The notes under the pieces are model-generated. The model was not told the DNA's origin. It did not search any database and saw only the letters and a program-made list of their open reading frames with translations. A program made the position numbers and the translations under genes. A stretch of 64,000 nt of DNA from Bdellovibrionales bacterium (GTDB taxonomy: Bacteria; Pseudomonadota; Alphaproteobacteria; Micavibrionales; Micavibrionaceae), in NCBI GenBank assembly GCA_037968575.1, contig JBBKVR010000029.1, positions 2,521 to 66,520 of the forward strand, read 5' to 3'. Of the stretch, positions 1 to 11,544 are shown piece by piece (position 1 is the stretch's first letter; each line of letters starts with the position of its first letter).

Positions 1-825
1 GATAATATTGCACGCGTGTTTACTGCAGAGCCATTGGAAATCGAAGAGTTTTCTACAGAGGCAGGTCTAGCCTACAAACCTAATCGTTTGGGCTTTCAAG
101 GTATTGGACGCTTTATTGCTAAACGGTTCCAAGATGGTGTTTCAATAAATGATCCAAATTTCCAAGTCGTTAGAAGCGATGCAGACTTCAATACTGCTGA
201 AGTTGAATTACAGACATCTTACGACTTTCATGCCAATCACTCAGTCTTCTTAAGGGGAACCGTTGGTAAAACCGAATATGAAGAAAGTATATTTGACGAT
301 AACGCGCAAGCCTATACGGGTGTGTTTAGAGATAGCGCAAACGGTCGCGTTCTTGCGGGCTTGATAACAAATTACAAAGGTATTTTATTGAGCGAAATTG
401 GTGTTGGTTATGCAACCGTCGATTATGATTCAAATCAAATTGACGATGTTGAGAACATTGCTGTTGATGCAGATATAGATTGGAATATTACCAAACTTAC
501 AACCTTAGGCTTAGCCGCAACGCGCAGTATTATTCAGGATAATGAGATTGTACAGGGTATCGTGCAGACACGCGCAACCTTATCGGTTGATCATGAATTA
601 CAAAGAAGTCTTCTTTTAAATGGGTATATCACTTACTTAAATCGTGACTTCGAGAGCATTACACGCGAAGATGATCTTTATAGAATTGGACTGGGTATTC
701 TTTATCGCCCAAGTCCATATTTTAATGTGGGGGCCGAATACATTCATACAACGCAAGATAGTACATCGCCTGGTAACGAATTTGATCAAAATGCATTTTT
801 GGTGCGTGCTACAGCACAATATTAG
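1..825 (+). CDS. outer-membrane beta-barrel protein, 5'-truncated by the window edge (polysaccharide-export locus associated)
   Basis: The frame is open from base 1, and the listed ORF begins at an internal GTG at 16. It shows an alternating beta-strand-like pattern and ends ...LVRATAQY with a terminal aromatic residue, as in OMP beta-signals. Wza-like and Wzc-like genes follow directly. Confidence 0.55.
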   Translation, partial: DNIARVFTAEPLEIEEFSTEAGLAYKPNRLGFQGIGRFIAKRFQDGVSINDPNFQVVRSDADFNTAEVELQTSYDFHANHSVFLRGTVGKTEYEESIFDDNAQAYTGVFRDSANGRVLAGLITNYKGILLSEIGVGYATVDYDSNQIDDVENIAVDADIDWNITKLTTLGLAATRSIIQDNEIVQGIVQTRATLSVDHELQRSLLLNGYITYLNRDFESITREDDLYRIGLGILYRPSPYFNVGAEYIHTTQDSTSPGNEFDQNAFLVRATAQY

Positions 826-947
826 AAGTAAATTCAACCACTTAACGGAGTTATCCTCGAATAATTAACCATAAAAAATAAAATGAAAATAGAGTGTTGT
901 CAGAATGCTATAAACAATATTACTATAGATAGGGGCTTGATTCTCCT

Positions 948-1739
948 ATGATTCTTACACGCTCCATGGTTCTCATGGCTATGAAAAATTTGAAACGAAC
1001 ATATTTCCTGATTTTGATTGCGGTCTTTATGACCGTGTCAGTCCATGTTGCTTTTGCTGCAGGGAACGATGACCCATTGGTTATTATCAGTACTGAAGAA
1101 ACTACAGACCTAGTTCCTGTTAAGACCACTGAGACAACAATTGTAAAAACAGAAGTGTTGCCTCCCGCAACCGTTCAGACGAAAACAGTCATGAAGGGCG
1201 GCGATAAAGATTTAATTAAAACAGAGACAGTTATTGTTGAGGAAGAAATTATCTTTCCTTCGCAAATTGTTTCGGTGAAAAATGCTTACCGCATTGGCCC
1301 AAGCGACAAACTAGAAATCACAGTCTACGGCGAAGATGATTTATCCAAGACATATCTTGTTGATGGACAGGGTTATATATCTGTTCCACTTATTGGAAAT
1401 GTTCGCGTAGCTGATTTAACACCCTTGCAAACCGAGAGGCTTTTGGAAGAAAGATTTTCAGAAGGCTATTTGGTTGACCCAAGTATCGCTATTGAAATTT
1501 CTGAATACAGACCGTTTTACATTATCGGTGAAATACGCCGTCCAGGTAGTTACAACTATATTGATGGTATGAATGTTTTAAACGCTGTTGCTGTTGGTGG
1601 TGGGTTTACCTACCGAGCAAAAACAGGCGCAGTTGAGGTTATCCGCCCCGTTAATGGTGAGAATCAGTCCTTTATGTTGAAGACAGGTGATCTTGTTCTG
1701 CCGGGCGACATTATCCGTATTAAAGAACGCTTCTTTTAA
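948..1739 (+). CDS. polysaccharide export protein (Wza/GumB/ExoF family: Poly_export plus SLBB domains)
   Basis: N-terminal signal peptide (MKNLKRTYFLILIAVFMTVSVHVAFA). Characteristic YRIGPSDKLEITVYGEDDLS...VDGQGYISVPLIGNVRVADLT...LVDPSIAIEISEYRPFYIIGEIRRPGSY block. The start is uncertain: ATGs at 948, 966, 975 and 981, none with a strong SD. Confidence 0.85.
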   Translation: MILTRSMVLMAMKNLKRTYFLILIAVFMTVSVHVAFAAGNDDPLVIISTEETTDLVPVKTTETTIVKTEVLPPATVQTKTVMKGGDKDLIKTETVIVEEEIIFPSQIVSVKNAYRIGPSDKLEITVYGEDDLSKTYLVDGQGYISVPLIGNVRVADLTPLQTERLLEERFSEGYLVDPSIAIEISEYRPFYIIGEIRRPGSYNYIDGMNVLNAVAVGGGFTYRAKTGAVEVIRPVNGENQSFMLKTGDLVLPGDIIRIKERFF

Positions 1740-1783
1740 AATTCTGACATAAAGTTAAAGTCACAACAGGAAACTACAGGAAT

Positions 1784-3997
1784 ATGAACGCACAAACAGA
1801 ATCAGGAAAACTAGCGCACCATTTCGACGAATTAGACGTCGATTTGCGCCGTTTGCTTATGCTGTTGTGGCGGCGCAAGTGGGTAATCCTAAGCTTTGTG
1901 CTTGTTGCTCTTATCCTCGCTGTTTTAATTACATTTACGCTACCTACGAAATATACAGCGCAAGCGCTTATTCGTATCCAAAGTGAGGGCATCAATCAGT
2001 CATCTATTAATTTAGAGAATTTCCTCTCTGAAAATCGTCTTGATACGGCTCTTGTTCTCAGCGAGGTTGAAGTTCTACGTTCTCGTCGTGTTGCGAGTTC
2101 AGTCATAGACCGCCTCGGCATGATAGATACCGAAAATCCTGTTCCAGCAACTGATAATGAGGGTGCGGGAGCAGCAGGCTTTAAGTCACTGACTGTATAC
2201 AAACGTGAAATGGAAAGTGAGATTAATCCCGATATGACTAGGGAGAAGGCACGCGCTGTAAATGCGTTCCTTAATAACCTTGCTGTAAAATCCATACCTG
2301 GCTCTTATGTCATTCAAATTTCTTACATGGATACAAATCCAAAGCTAGCGGCCAAAGTTGCGAACACGGTTGTTGATGTTTATTTCGAACAGCGTTTGGA
2401 AGATAAATTCCGTGCAACACAAAAAGTTACACAATGGCTAGATAGAAGACTGACAACATTGCGCGACCAAGTGAGAGCGTCAGAGGAAGCTGTTGAACAA
2501 TATCGCGCACAAAATGATTTAGTTCAGGGCGCAAGATACGAAATCAGTGCGCAACAAATCTCCGAATTGAATTCTCAGCTTGTTTTAGCAAAGTCGAAGA
2601 GAGCTGAAGCTGAAGCTCGCTTGAAAGATATGCAGTCATTTGCGAATAATCCTACTCTTGGTGAAGAGTCAATTGATGTAATGAATGCGCGCTTTATTCA
2701 GGATTTAAAGAGAACAGAAACAGATCTCTTGAGACAAAAAGCTGAACTTTCATCACGCTATGGGCCTAAACACCCTGCTATTCTCAATATTAATGAAGCG
2801 GTAGGAAACCAACGCTCTAAAATTCGTGAAGAAACGGCTAAGATTGCATCTTCTGTAAAGAATGAGTTGGAGGTTGCCGAAACCCGTGTTCAAGCTATGC
2901 AAAGAGCATTAGGCGAAGTTGAAAATGTCCGCGAAGGCGAAAACAAATCTATGATTAGTTTGCGTGAGCTTGAGCGTGAAGCCGAAGCAACACGAGTGCT
3001 TTACGACAATTTCTTAAATACTTACAAGAAGTCCGACCAGCAAGAGCAACTTGAAAGTGCTGAGGCAGAAGTTTTATCTTACGCATCTGTTCCTGAAGCT
3101 CCTTCATATCCGAACAAACCTCTGATTATTTCATTGGCGGCAGCAATTGCTCTCTTCATTGGGATTACTTTCGTGCTTATTCTTGAAAAATTGGATAACG
3201 CTTTCCGTAGCGCATCACAACTCGAAGGCAGTACTGGTTACCCATGTTTTGGACTTATTCCTGTCGCAGAAGGTGGAAGCAAAGGCGGTATTGCAGATTA
3301 CATTCTGAACAAACCCTCGTCGGCGGTGGCTGAATCGGTTCGGACATTGCGTATGGTCTTAAACTTGCGCGCTGGTAAGGACAGAGACGCACGTCCAAAG
3401 GTTGTGACAATCACATCATCTTTGCCTGCAGAAGGTAAGACAACGCTCTCAGCATGGTTGGCGCGTGCAGCTGCAAAGTCAGGTGAAAGGGTTATTGTTA
3501 TCGACTGTGACCTTCGTCGTCCAAACCTGCACCGTATCTTACGCAAATCAAATGACTGTTCGCTTGTTGATTACCTAAAAGGCGATGCAGCACTTGATAA
3601 GGTGATTAATAAAGATGACCCATCAGGCGCGCATGTGATTTATGCGCGTACTGTTGCCAATAGTGCATTGGACTTGGTTTCATCTGAGAAAATGCGCAAA
3701 CTAATTGCTTCTCTTCGCCAAGCCTACGATTTAGTTATCTTGGATACACCAGCAAGTCTTGCAGTATCGGATGCCCGGACACTTGCAACTGAATCAGACT
3801 TTACGCTGTATGTTGTTGAGTGGGATAAAACACCACGCGAAGTTGTGACAACAGGCGTGAAACAATTCTCTGACTTTGATTACGAGAACTTGGCTTTTGT
3901 TCTTTCAAGCGTTGATGTCAAACGCCACGCACGTTATGGCTATGGCGATACAGCCTACTACTACGGCCGCTTCAAAGAGTATTATCACAACAATTAA
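1784..3997 (+). CDS. polysaccharide chain-length determinant / tyrosine autokinase (Wzc/ExoP/GumC-type BY-kinase)
   Basis: 737 aa. N-terminal TM, long coiled-coil periplasmic region and a second TM. C-terminal P-loop domain with Walker A SSLPAEGKTT and Walker B DLVILDTPA, plus a Tyr-rich tail YGYGDTAYYYGRFKEYY. Confidence 0.88.
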   Translation: MNAQTESGKLAHHFDELDVDLRRLLMLLWRRKWVILSFVLVALILAVLITFTLPTKYTAQALIRIQSEGINQSSINLENFLSENRLDTALVLSEVEVLRSRRVASSVIDRLGMIDTENPVPATDNEGAGAAGFKSLTVYKREMESEINPDMTREKARAVNAFLNNLAVKSIPGSYVIQISYMDTNPKLAAKVANTVVDVYFEQRLEDKFRATQKVTQWLDRRLTTLRDQVRASEEAVEQYRAQNDLVQGARYEISAQQISELNSQLVLAKSKRAEAEARLKDMQSFANNPTLGEESIDVMNARFIQDLKRTETDLLRQKAELSSRYGPKHPAILNINEAVGNQRSKIREETAKIASSVKNELEVAETRVQAMQRALGEVENVREGENKSMISLRELEREAEATRVLYDNFLNTYKKSDQQEQLESAEAEVLSYASVPEAPSYPNKPLIISLAAAIALFIGITFVLILEKLDNAFRSASQLEGSTGYPCFGLIPVAEGGSKGGIADYILNKPSSAVAESVRTLRMVLNLRAGKDRDARPKVVTITSSLPAEGKTTLSAWLARAAAKSGERVIVIDCDLRRPNLHRILRKSNDCSLVDYLKGDAALDKVINKDDPSGAHVIYARTVANSALDLVSSEKMRKLIASLRQAYDLVILDTPASLAVSDARTLATESDFTLYVVEWDKTPREVVTTGVKQFSDFDYENLAFVLSSVDVKRHARYGYGDTAYYYGRFKEYYHNN

Positions 3998-4000
3998 ATT

Positions 4001-4843
4001 TTATTGCGTATCCTCATAAGGTTTTGCAACTCTCAAAAAACTTCCTGGATAATCTTTATCGTATTTTGACATGATACGATCATAAGCACTTGAATGAACA
4101 AGCTCTGTAATGGCTGCATTCAAGAAAGATTTGAGTTCTGGTTCGTCAATATCAATCGCCAGAACATTACCGTATGTACGTAAGGGTGTTTCAAGTTCCA
4201 GAAGACGCAGCTTATCTTTGCCGTTTTCCTTCTCATAATTTTGAATCATGACACGTGGAAAAATAACAAAATCAGTTTTCTTTGTTAGAACATTCATAAT
4301 GTTGTCCGCAGGTGTACCCAATGGTGGTAATGGCACGCCTTTAACTTTCGAAAGCTCAGTTTCCTTAATAGTTTCCAAGACATCACCTTCTGTGTAGGCA
4401 GTCGAGAACTCACTCTTATTCAAGTCTTTTACGGTTAGAGGGCGGTCAGATGGAAATCTTTCGTCTCCTGCGCGGGTAATCACATCAAATGTCCAGTAGG
4501 AAAATGGCGTTGTATATGCCATATACTTGGCGCGTTCAGCATCAGCAGCCATGCCAGCACAAAAGGCATCTATTTTATTGGAACGAAGTGATGTTGGAAT
4601 TTGTCCCCAATCAACCTCGGCAACCCAATCAACTTTGATGCGTGCCATACGTGCCATCTCTTCAATGAGCTCAACAAACAGACCCTTCATTTTCCCTGTT
4701 TCAGGATCACGTGTGACACCAGGTTCCCACGCTCCAAATCCACAACGTAAAGTGTCAGTTTTTACCAAACGTTCGTAAGCTGTCTCTGCAAATGCAGGAA
4801 AGGGAATTGAGCAAACAAGTAATGTTAGGAGTAATTTTCTCAT
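4001..4843 (-). CDS. periplasmic solute-binding protein, family 3 (amino-acid-type SBP)
   Basis: Signal peptide MRKLLLTLLVCSIPFPAFA. SBP_bac_3-like layout (LRCGFGAWEPG..., IDAFCAGM...). Paralogue of the adjacent gene; both end ...RVAKPY. Confidence 0.7.
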   Translation of the reverse strand: MRKLLLTLLVCSIPFPAFAETAYERLVKTDTLRCGFGAWEPGVTRDPETGKMKGLFVELIEEMARMARIKVDWVAEVDWGQIPTSLRSNKIDAFCAGMAADAERAKYMAYTTPFSYWTFDVITRAGDERFPSDRPLTVKDLNKSEFSTAYTEGDVLETIKETELSKVKGVPLPPLGTPADNIMNVLTKKTDFVIFPRVMIQNYEKENGKDKLRLLELETPLRTYGNVLAIDIDEPELKSFLNAAITELVHSSAYDRIMSKYDKDYPGSFLRVAKPYEDTQ

Positions 4844-5694
4844 CGTTCTGCTCCATAAGGTTTTGCGACGCGAAAAATAGATTCTTTATAAGTTTCATGT
4901 TTGTCGATAATTCGATCTAATGTTCCAGATAATAAAAGATCGGTATATGCGTGTGTTAACATTTGACGAAACTCATCCTCACCTCTCTTAATCCCAACTA
5001 TGTTTGGATAGACTTTGATTGGCTCCGAGGTAATTCTCTTTATTTTGTCTGGGTTATGTTTATTGAAGTCTCCATAAGTAAACAGGTCATATATGACTGC
5101 ATCTGCTTTTTTGAGATCAAGACTGACGAAAAGCTCTGCTGGACTTATTAATTGTGGAATTTCATAGGCTTTGGATTTAGGAAAAATTTTACGGCGAACG
5201 GTTGCTGTGGCTCCTCCTTCGAGTACAGCAATCGTGTATTTTTCATCATTTAAGATATCAATATTCTTATCAAATCGATTGTCATCTACACGAGAAAACC
5301 CATATAGAGGAAGATAAAATAGAGGCATAACAAAATCAATTTGTCGTGCTCTCTCGCCTATTAACCAACTTGCGCCACACATTGCATCTACACGACCACT
5401 CTCTAAAGCAGCAGGATAATCACCGAGACCAATCTCTTCTGCAAAAACTATTTCCAAAGATAGTGTTTTGCCCAATTCCTGCATAAAGTCATGGTATATC
5501 CCGTTTAGCTCTCCTGTTTTTGGGTCTTTTATAATAGCTGGATACCAAGAAAAATAACCACACCGTAGTTCCCCAGTACGCATCACACGGTCATAAACAG
5601 ACTCTTTGGTACTTTCTGTCTTGGCGTCTTCCTTGCATCCAACAAGAGAGATAGTAGTCGTAAAGACCAACAAAATTAGGAGTAATCTTTTCAT
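4840..5694 (-). CDS. solute-binding lipoprotein, family 3 (paralogue of 4001-4843)
   Basis: Lipobox LVGC after the signal sequence. Colinear similarity to the neighbour (LRCGYFSWYPA / LRCGFGAWEPG; VDAMCGAS / IDAFCAGM; FRVAKPYG / LRVAKPYE). Its 3' end overlaps the downstream gene's start by 4 nt. Confidence 0.7.
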   Translation of the reverse strand: MKRLLLILLVFTTTISLVGCKEDAKTESTKESVYDRVMRTGELRCGYFSWYPAIIKDPKTGELNGIYHDFMQELGKTLSLEIVFAEEIGLGDYPAALESGRVDAMCGASWLIGERARQIDFVMPLFYLPLYGFSRVDDNRFDKNIDILNDEKYTIAVLEGGATATVRRKIFPKSKAYEIPQLISPAELFVSLDLKKADAVIYDLFTYGDFNKHNPDKIKRITSEPIKVYPNIVGIKRGEDEFRQMLTHAYTDLLLSGTLDRIIDKHETYKESIFRVAKPYGAER

Positions 5695-5789
5695 TTTATT
5701 TTCTCGTTTTTCCAGTGTGAACCCGATTTATAGGACATAATTTTGAGAAAAGCCATAAAGATAGGTTTTAGGTCTCATTTCCAAAAATC

Positions 5790-5817
5790 TTGACAGTAAT
5801 TGTATTTAGGATAATAG
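5790..5817 (+). promoter_or_regulatory. candidate sigma70-type promoter (TTGACA-N16-TAATAG)
   Basis: Perfect -35 TTGACA at 5790-5795. The best -10 is TAATAG at 5812-5817 with a 16-nt spacer, and it lacks the final T. It lies in the 203-nt gap upstream of ORF 5898. Confidence 0.35.
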
Positions 5818-5840
5818 TCCTAACCTATCAACGCGATGAG

Positions 5841-5878
5841 TCCGCCTTCTAACCCGAAGCGCGGATTTTTTATTTTTT
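5841..5878 (+). terminator. intrinsic terminator-like hairpin plus U-tract, upstream of ORF 5898 (attenuator or 3' end of a short RNA)
   Basis: tccgc-cttc (5841-5849) pairs with gaag-(c)-gcgga (5856-5865): 9 bp with one bulge and a 6-nt loop. It is followed by ttttttatttttt (5866-5878). No plus-strand gene lies upstream for it to terminate. Confidence 0.55.
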
Positions 5879-5897
5879 AAAAATTAAGGAGATCCCT

Positions 5898-6236
5898 ATG
5901 AGTACTTTGCTTCCACGCGATGCGAACAACAGCCCTATACCTGCACTACGCCTTTTAAATAATGGGGCACATGTTATTTCAGCCACAAGTAGTGCCTCGG
6001 TTAAAAATACAAACGGGTTTAACATGCAAACCCAAATTATCAGTATTTATGCAACAGCACCTATTACTATTGCTTTTGGTGAGTCCGATGTTGTGGCCAC
6101 GTCTTCCGACCATTATTTTCCAGCGGGCGTGTATTACGACTTGGCAATCGGCGGTGAGGGTGTTGATCACACGCCTTATATGGCTGTTCTTGCTGTTGAC
6201 GCAGACACAGAGGTTTATATTTCAGAGAAAAATTAG
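5898..6236 (+). CDS. hypothetical protein, 112 aa, no recognised family
   Basis: AAGGAG at 5886-5891 lies 6 nt before the ATG. The stop codon overlaps the recR stop (convergent). Several alternative-frame ORFs cover the same DNA, so coding status is not certain. Confidence 0.45.
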   Translation: MSTLLPRDANNSPIPALRLLNNGAHVISATSSASVKNTNGFNMQTQIISIYATAPITIAFGESDVVATSSDHYFPAGVYYDLAIGGEGVDHTPYMAVLAVDADTEVYISEKN

Positions 6237-6829
6237 GCGACAGTTTTGCGTGACTTGAAGGCAGTGGTGATTGTGCTGTCGTCAAGGTAATCAAGTTCAC
6301 CACCAACAGGAATACCGCGCGCCAAACCAGTTACATTGATATTGTTATCTTGTAATCTATCGGCAATGTAGTGGGCTGTCGTTTGCCCGTTCACTGTTGC
6401 GCTTAATGCCAAGATGATTTCTTTAATGGATTCGTTGTCTGCGCGAGAGATAAGGGAATCTACTCCCAAATCTTCAGGACGCACACCATCTATGGCCGAG
6501 AGTAGACCACCTAGCACATGATAAAGTCCCTTGTAGTGGCCAGAGCGTTCAATTGCCCAGATGTCGGCAACGGATTCGACAATACATAAAGTTGATCTGT
6601 CACGCAGTTCGTTCTGGCAAATTCCGCATGGTATAGCTGTATCGAGGTTATTACACTGTGGGCAGGTTTGCACCTTTTCGGCGGCATCAGATAGAGCGCG
6701 TATTAAGGGCTCCATCACACTTTGTTTCTTGGTGATAAGGTGCAGAGCGAAGCGTCTTGCGCTGCGCGGTCCAAGGGATGGTAGTCCGCCTAGGAGTTTG
6801 ATTAGATGATCGAGGCCGTGTTCACTCAT
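6233..6829 (-). CDS. recR: recombination protein RecR
   Basis: LIKLLGGLPSLGPRSARRFALHL helix-hairpin-helix, CPQCNNLDTAIPCGICQN zinc finger, and a Toprim-like C-terminal region. Confidence 0.95.
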   Translation of the reverse strand: MSEHGLDHLIKLLGGLPSLGPRSARRFALHLITKKQSVMEPLIRALSDAAEKVQTCPQCNNLDTAIPCGICQNELRDRSTLCIVESVADIWAIERSGHYKGLYHVLGGLLSAIDGVRPEDLGVDSLISRADNESIKEIILALSATVNGQTTAHYIADRLQDNNINVTGLARGIPVGGELDYLDDSTITTAFKSRKTVA

Positions 6830-6843
6830 ATTTTTAAAAAACT

Positions 6844-7518
6844 TCAGGTGCGTTTCGTTTCAACCCAATTTTCAATGTGCAAACGCTTTTCGTCAATGCC
6901 TTTCTCAAGTAAACGCGTGTGGCTATGGACAACCATAGCCTCGGGGCCACAGATATAGGCACGGTAACCTGATAAACCATCAAACTTGTTAGCTGCAATA
7001 TCGCTGATGAATCCATGTTCTATTGAAGAGTCAGAAGATTTGTCCTCAGAAGTTGCTCCAACATAATGAAATCTCGAATCTGTTTTGGAGAGTTTCTTGA
7101 AATGGTCATGAAGATAGAGACCTTTCTCATCACGTGCGCCATGAAAGAGATAAACAGGATTTTTACGGTCTGTTGAAAGAGCGATTTCACAAATTGCTTT
7201 TATTTGTGCCAAACCCGTCCCCCCCGCAATAGCGAGGATTGTTTTTTTACAAGTAGATTTAAATTTTAAATCTCCGCAAGGGCCTGCAATTTCTACACTA
7301 AAACCAACCTTCATATCTTGAATAAGGACACGCGATAGTCCGTGACCTTTCCCAATGTGAAATTCGAGAATGGTGTTCTTGCCGTTAATGGGCGTATTGG
7401 CAATGGAGTAAGGGCGAGCTTCTTCATTGTCCAGATTGATGTAGAAGGCTTGTCCTGCACTGTAAGACACAGGTTTTGTAGTCTCAAACGTTAAAATGGC
7501 CACAGTATCTGCAGCCAT
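6844..7518 (-). CDS. FNR-family FAD/NAD(P)-binding oxidoreductase (ferredoxin-reductase-type domain only)
   Basis: RPYSIAN (RxYS flavin motif), AGGTGLAQ nucleotide-binding motif and C-terminal YICGPEAM. Start moved to the ATG at 7518 (MAADTV...), because the longer listed ORF would overlap lolA. Confidence 0.75.
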   Translation of the reverse strand: MAADTVAILTFETTKPVSYSAGQAFYINLDNEEARPYSIANTPINGKNTILEFHIGKGHGLSRVLIQDMKVGFSVEIAGPCGDLKFKSTCKKTILAIAGGTGLAQIKAICEIALSTDRKNPVYLFHGARDEKGLYLHDHFKKLSKTDSRFHYVGATSEDKSSDSSIEHGFISDIAANKFDGLSGYRAYICGPEAMVVHSHTRLLEKGIDEKRLHIENWVETKRT

Positions 7519-7549
7519 TTGTCTGTTTATCAGTTTAGCTTCAAAGGAT

Positions 7550-8155
7550 TTAATTGTTAAAACCTTTTGGTTTTGGTGCGATGTAGCGGAACAGAGAAGA
7601 TGCCAATGCCATATTGGTTTTGATATCAAATAATTCGATTTCTGTTTGCATGCCTTGAGAATCTGCCACAGTCCATTGTTTCAACTGGTAAGGTTCTTTG
7701 CTAAAGCCCAAAGTAATTGCACCTGCTTGCGGGTCATTCTTTTGAGTCACTTTAATGTGAATCATGTTTGGTGAGTGAGAAACGCCTTCAACTTTAACGT
7801 CGCCACCTAATTTAATATTGTCGCGCAAGATAAAGTCAGCCAGTGTTTGGCCAATAGGTGCATTTGTTTGTTGTTCCAGCTCGCTGTCATAGAAATAAAT
7901 GAACGCGCCATCAGCAACAACGAAATCCTGAATTGGTGGATCATATTCAAAACGCAGTTTGCCAGGACGATTAAGGTAAAAAGTACCCGTTGCCTGCATA
8001 CCGTTTGATTTCTGAACAAAGCGTGCTTTCACTGTCTTCAGAGATGATAAATATTGCTCTGCTTGGCGTATTTCTGGCGCAGCATAGCCTTGTGCAAAAG
8101 CTGTGACACTTGCAAGAACTGCAAAACATAACAATGTTAAAAACCCGTATTTCAT
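7550..8155 (-). CDS. lolA: outer-membrane lipoprotein carrier protein LolA
   Basis: Signal peptide, then the LolA-like pattern ...VKARFVQ...GTFYLNRPGKLRFEYDPP... The ~200-aa size is typical. Confidence 0.85.
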   Translation of the reverse strand: MKYGFLTLLCFAVLASVTAFAQGYAAPEIRQAEQYLSSLKTVKARFVQKSNGMQATGTFYLNRPGKLRFEYDPPIQDFVVADGAFIYFYDSELEQQTNAPIGQTLADFILRDNIKLGGDVKVEGVSHSPNMIHIKVTQKNDPQAGAITLGFSKEPYQLKQWTVADSQGMQTEIELFDIKTNMALASSLFRYIAPKPKGFNN

Positions 8156-8253
8156 ATTTCACCTAATCTATAGAATTTTCTATATCCTTGGCCCCATAAA
8201 AGAAAGGGGCATTATTGTTTTTATTTATATCTCTTCATACGAGTGGCGAACGT

Positions 8254-10338
<2,085 letters not shown>

Positions 10339-10396
10339 TCTAGTCTTGGTAGCTTTTCAAGTTTACTTCACCTCAGACATGTGAAAAATTGACTTA

Positions 10397-11224
10397 ATGC
10401 AATTTGATATCTTTATATCGGCGCGCGATGGCTATGTTCAAACATGGGCAAATAAGGAATACCTCCTTAAACTTGCCGCTGTTCCCGTGGTTATCAAGCT
10501 CATCTGTTTTTTTGTAGCTTATGCGCTGGGTATAGACCAGACGAGCTTCACTTATCCATTGATGATGTTACCTGCTTATTTTGCAGAAGGCTGGTTGATT
10601 GCCCAATTCCTTCGCACGTTGATTACGGGCGAGGTGTGGCCCGTAAAACTTGAAGGTGATCCAGAGAAACATTTTGAGAAATACCTCGCGCGTGCTCGAG
10701 GTATTTTAGCTGCCATTATCACCTTCGTTCTAATTTCAGTTATACATGGTGGGCTAATGGTCACATTGTTGGATATGCGCGAAATGATGCTGGCACAAAC
10801 CGAAGATGGTCAATATACGGGTAACCCAATGGTTGTGTTTGTTGGATTTGTAGGACTGTTTGTTGCTTTGTGGGCGTTTAGATTGTTTTGGCTCCATATT
10901 CCTATGTTGGTTTTGATGCCAGTTAAAACATATTTGAAATCTCTGCCAGGCTTGATGCCTTCTATTCATATGCTGGCCACATGGTTGCTGACAATCATTC
11001 CTATCTTCTTTCTGCTGATATTTATTTCAGGGATTCTTTTGTCCTCATCAGGGGGAAGTCTAACCGAAGCACCACAGCCAATTGCGTTCATTATTATTAC
11101 GTTGAATATTATTGGTGAGCTTCTCACTAAAGTGATTTCGGCTGTAGCTATCGCATCTCTTCTTTATCCTTTGTTTGTATCTTACGGCATTAAGCCTGTT
11201 CACCTTCGAGGACCACAATCTTGA
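10397..11224 (+). CDS. polytopic inner-membrane protein of unknown function (about 6 predicted TM segments)
   Basis: Long hydrophobic segments run throughout and I recognise no family motif. Its TGA stop (11222-11224) overlaps the TTG start (11221-11223) of the ferredoxin gene. Confidence 0.6.
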   Translation: MQFDIFISARDGYVQTWANKEYLLKLAAVPVVIKLICFFVAYALGIDQTSFTYPLMMLPAYFAEGWLIAQFLRTLITGEVWPVKLEGDPEKHFEKYLARARGILAAIITFVLISVIHGGLMVTLLDMREMMLAQTEDGQYTGNPMVVFVGFVGLFVALWAFRLFWLHIPMLVLMPVKTYLKSLPGLMPSIHMLATWLLTIIPIFFLLIFISGILLSSSGGSLTEAPQPIAFIIITLNIIGELLTKVISAVAIASLLYPLFVSYGIKPVHLRGPQS

Positions 11225-11538
11225 AAATTTTTGTAACTGATCAAGGTGGCAAAAAACATGAACTGCCTGCCATTGAAGGATGGCGTGTGATGGAAATTAT
11301 TCGTGATTATGGGCTTCCAATTAAAGCAGAATGCGGTGGTGCATGTTGTTGTGCGACGTGCCACGTTTATGTGGCTGATCAATGGCTTGAGAAATTACAT
11401 AATAAAACGACTGAAGAAGACAATATGCTTGGCGAGGCCGCAGATGAAGAAGATAATTCGCGCCTCTCGTGCCAGATTTTGATGAGTGGTGAGTTGGATG
11501 GCTTGGAAATTACATTAGCAGAAAGCGCACGCCCTTAA
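11221..11538 (+). CDS. [2Fe-2S] ferredoxin, adrenodoxin/putidaredoxin type
   Basis: Cys ligand pattern CGGACCCATCHV ... CQI. The ~105-aa size and the MKIFVTDQGGKKHEL... N-terminus are typical of vertebrate-type ferredoxins. Confidence 0.88.
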   Translation: MKIFVTDQGGKKHELPAIEGWRVMEIIRDYGLPIKAECGGACCCATCHVYVADQWLEKLHNKTTEEDNMLGEAADEEDNSRLSCQILMSGELDGLEITLAESARP

Positions 11539-11544
11539 GTATTT

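Noticed and set aside
7519-7629. Longer N-terminal extension of the FNR-like oxidoreductase ORF, and likewise 9244-9294 for ctaA
   Set aside because: The extensions would overlap lolA and the divergent fnr gene respectively. The conserved domains begin after the internal ATGs, so the shorter starts were used.
8196-8216. GCCCC-(10 nt)-GGGGC hairpin downstream of ctaA
   Set aside because: On the ctaA (minus) strand no U-tract follows the stem. The T-rich run is on the plus strand, where there is no upstream gene, so it is too ambiguous to call a terminator.
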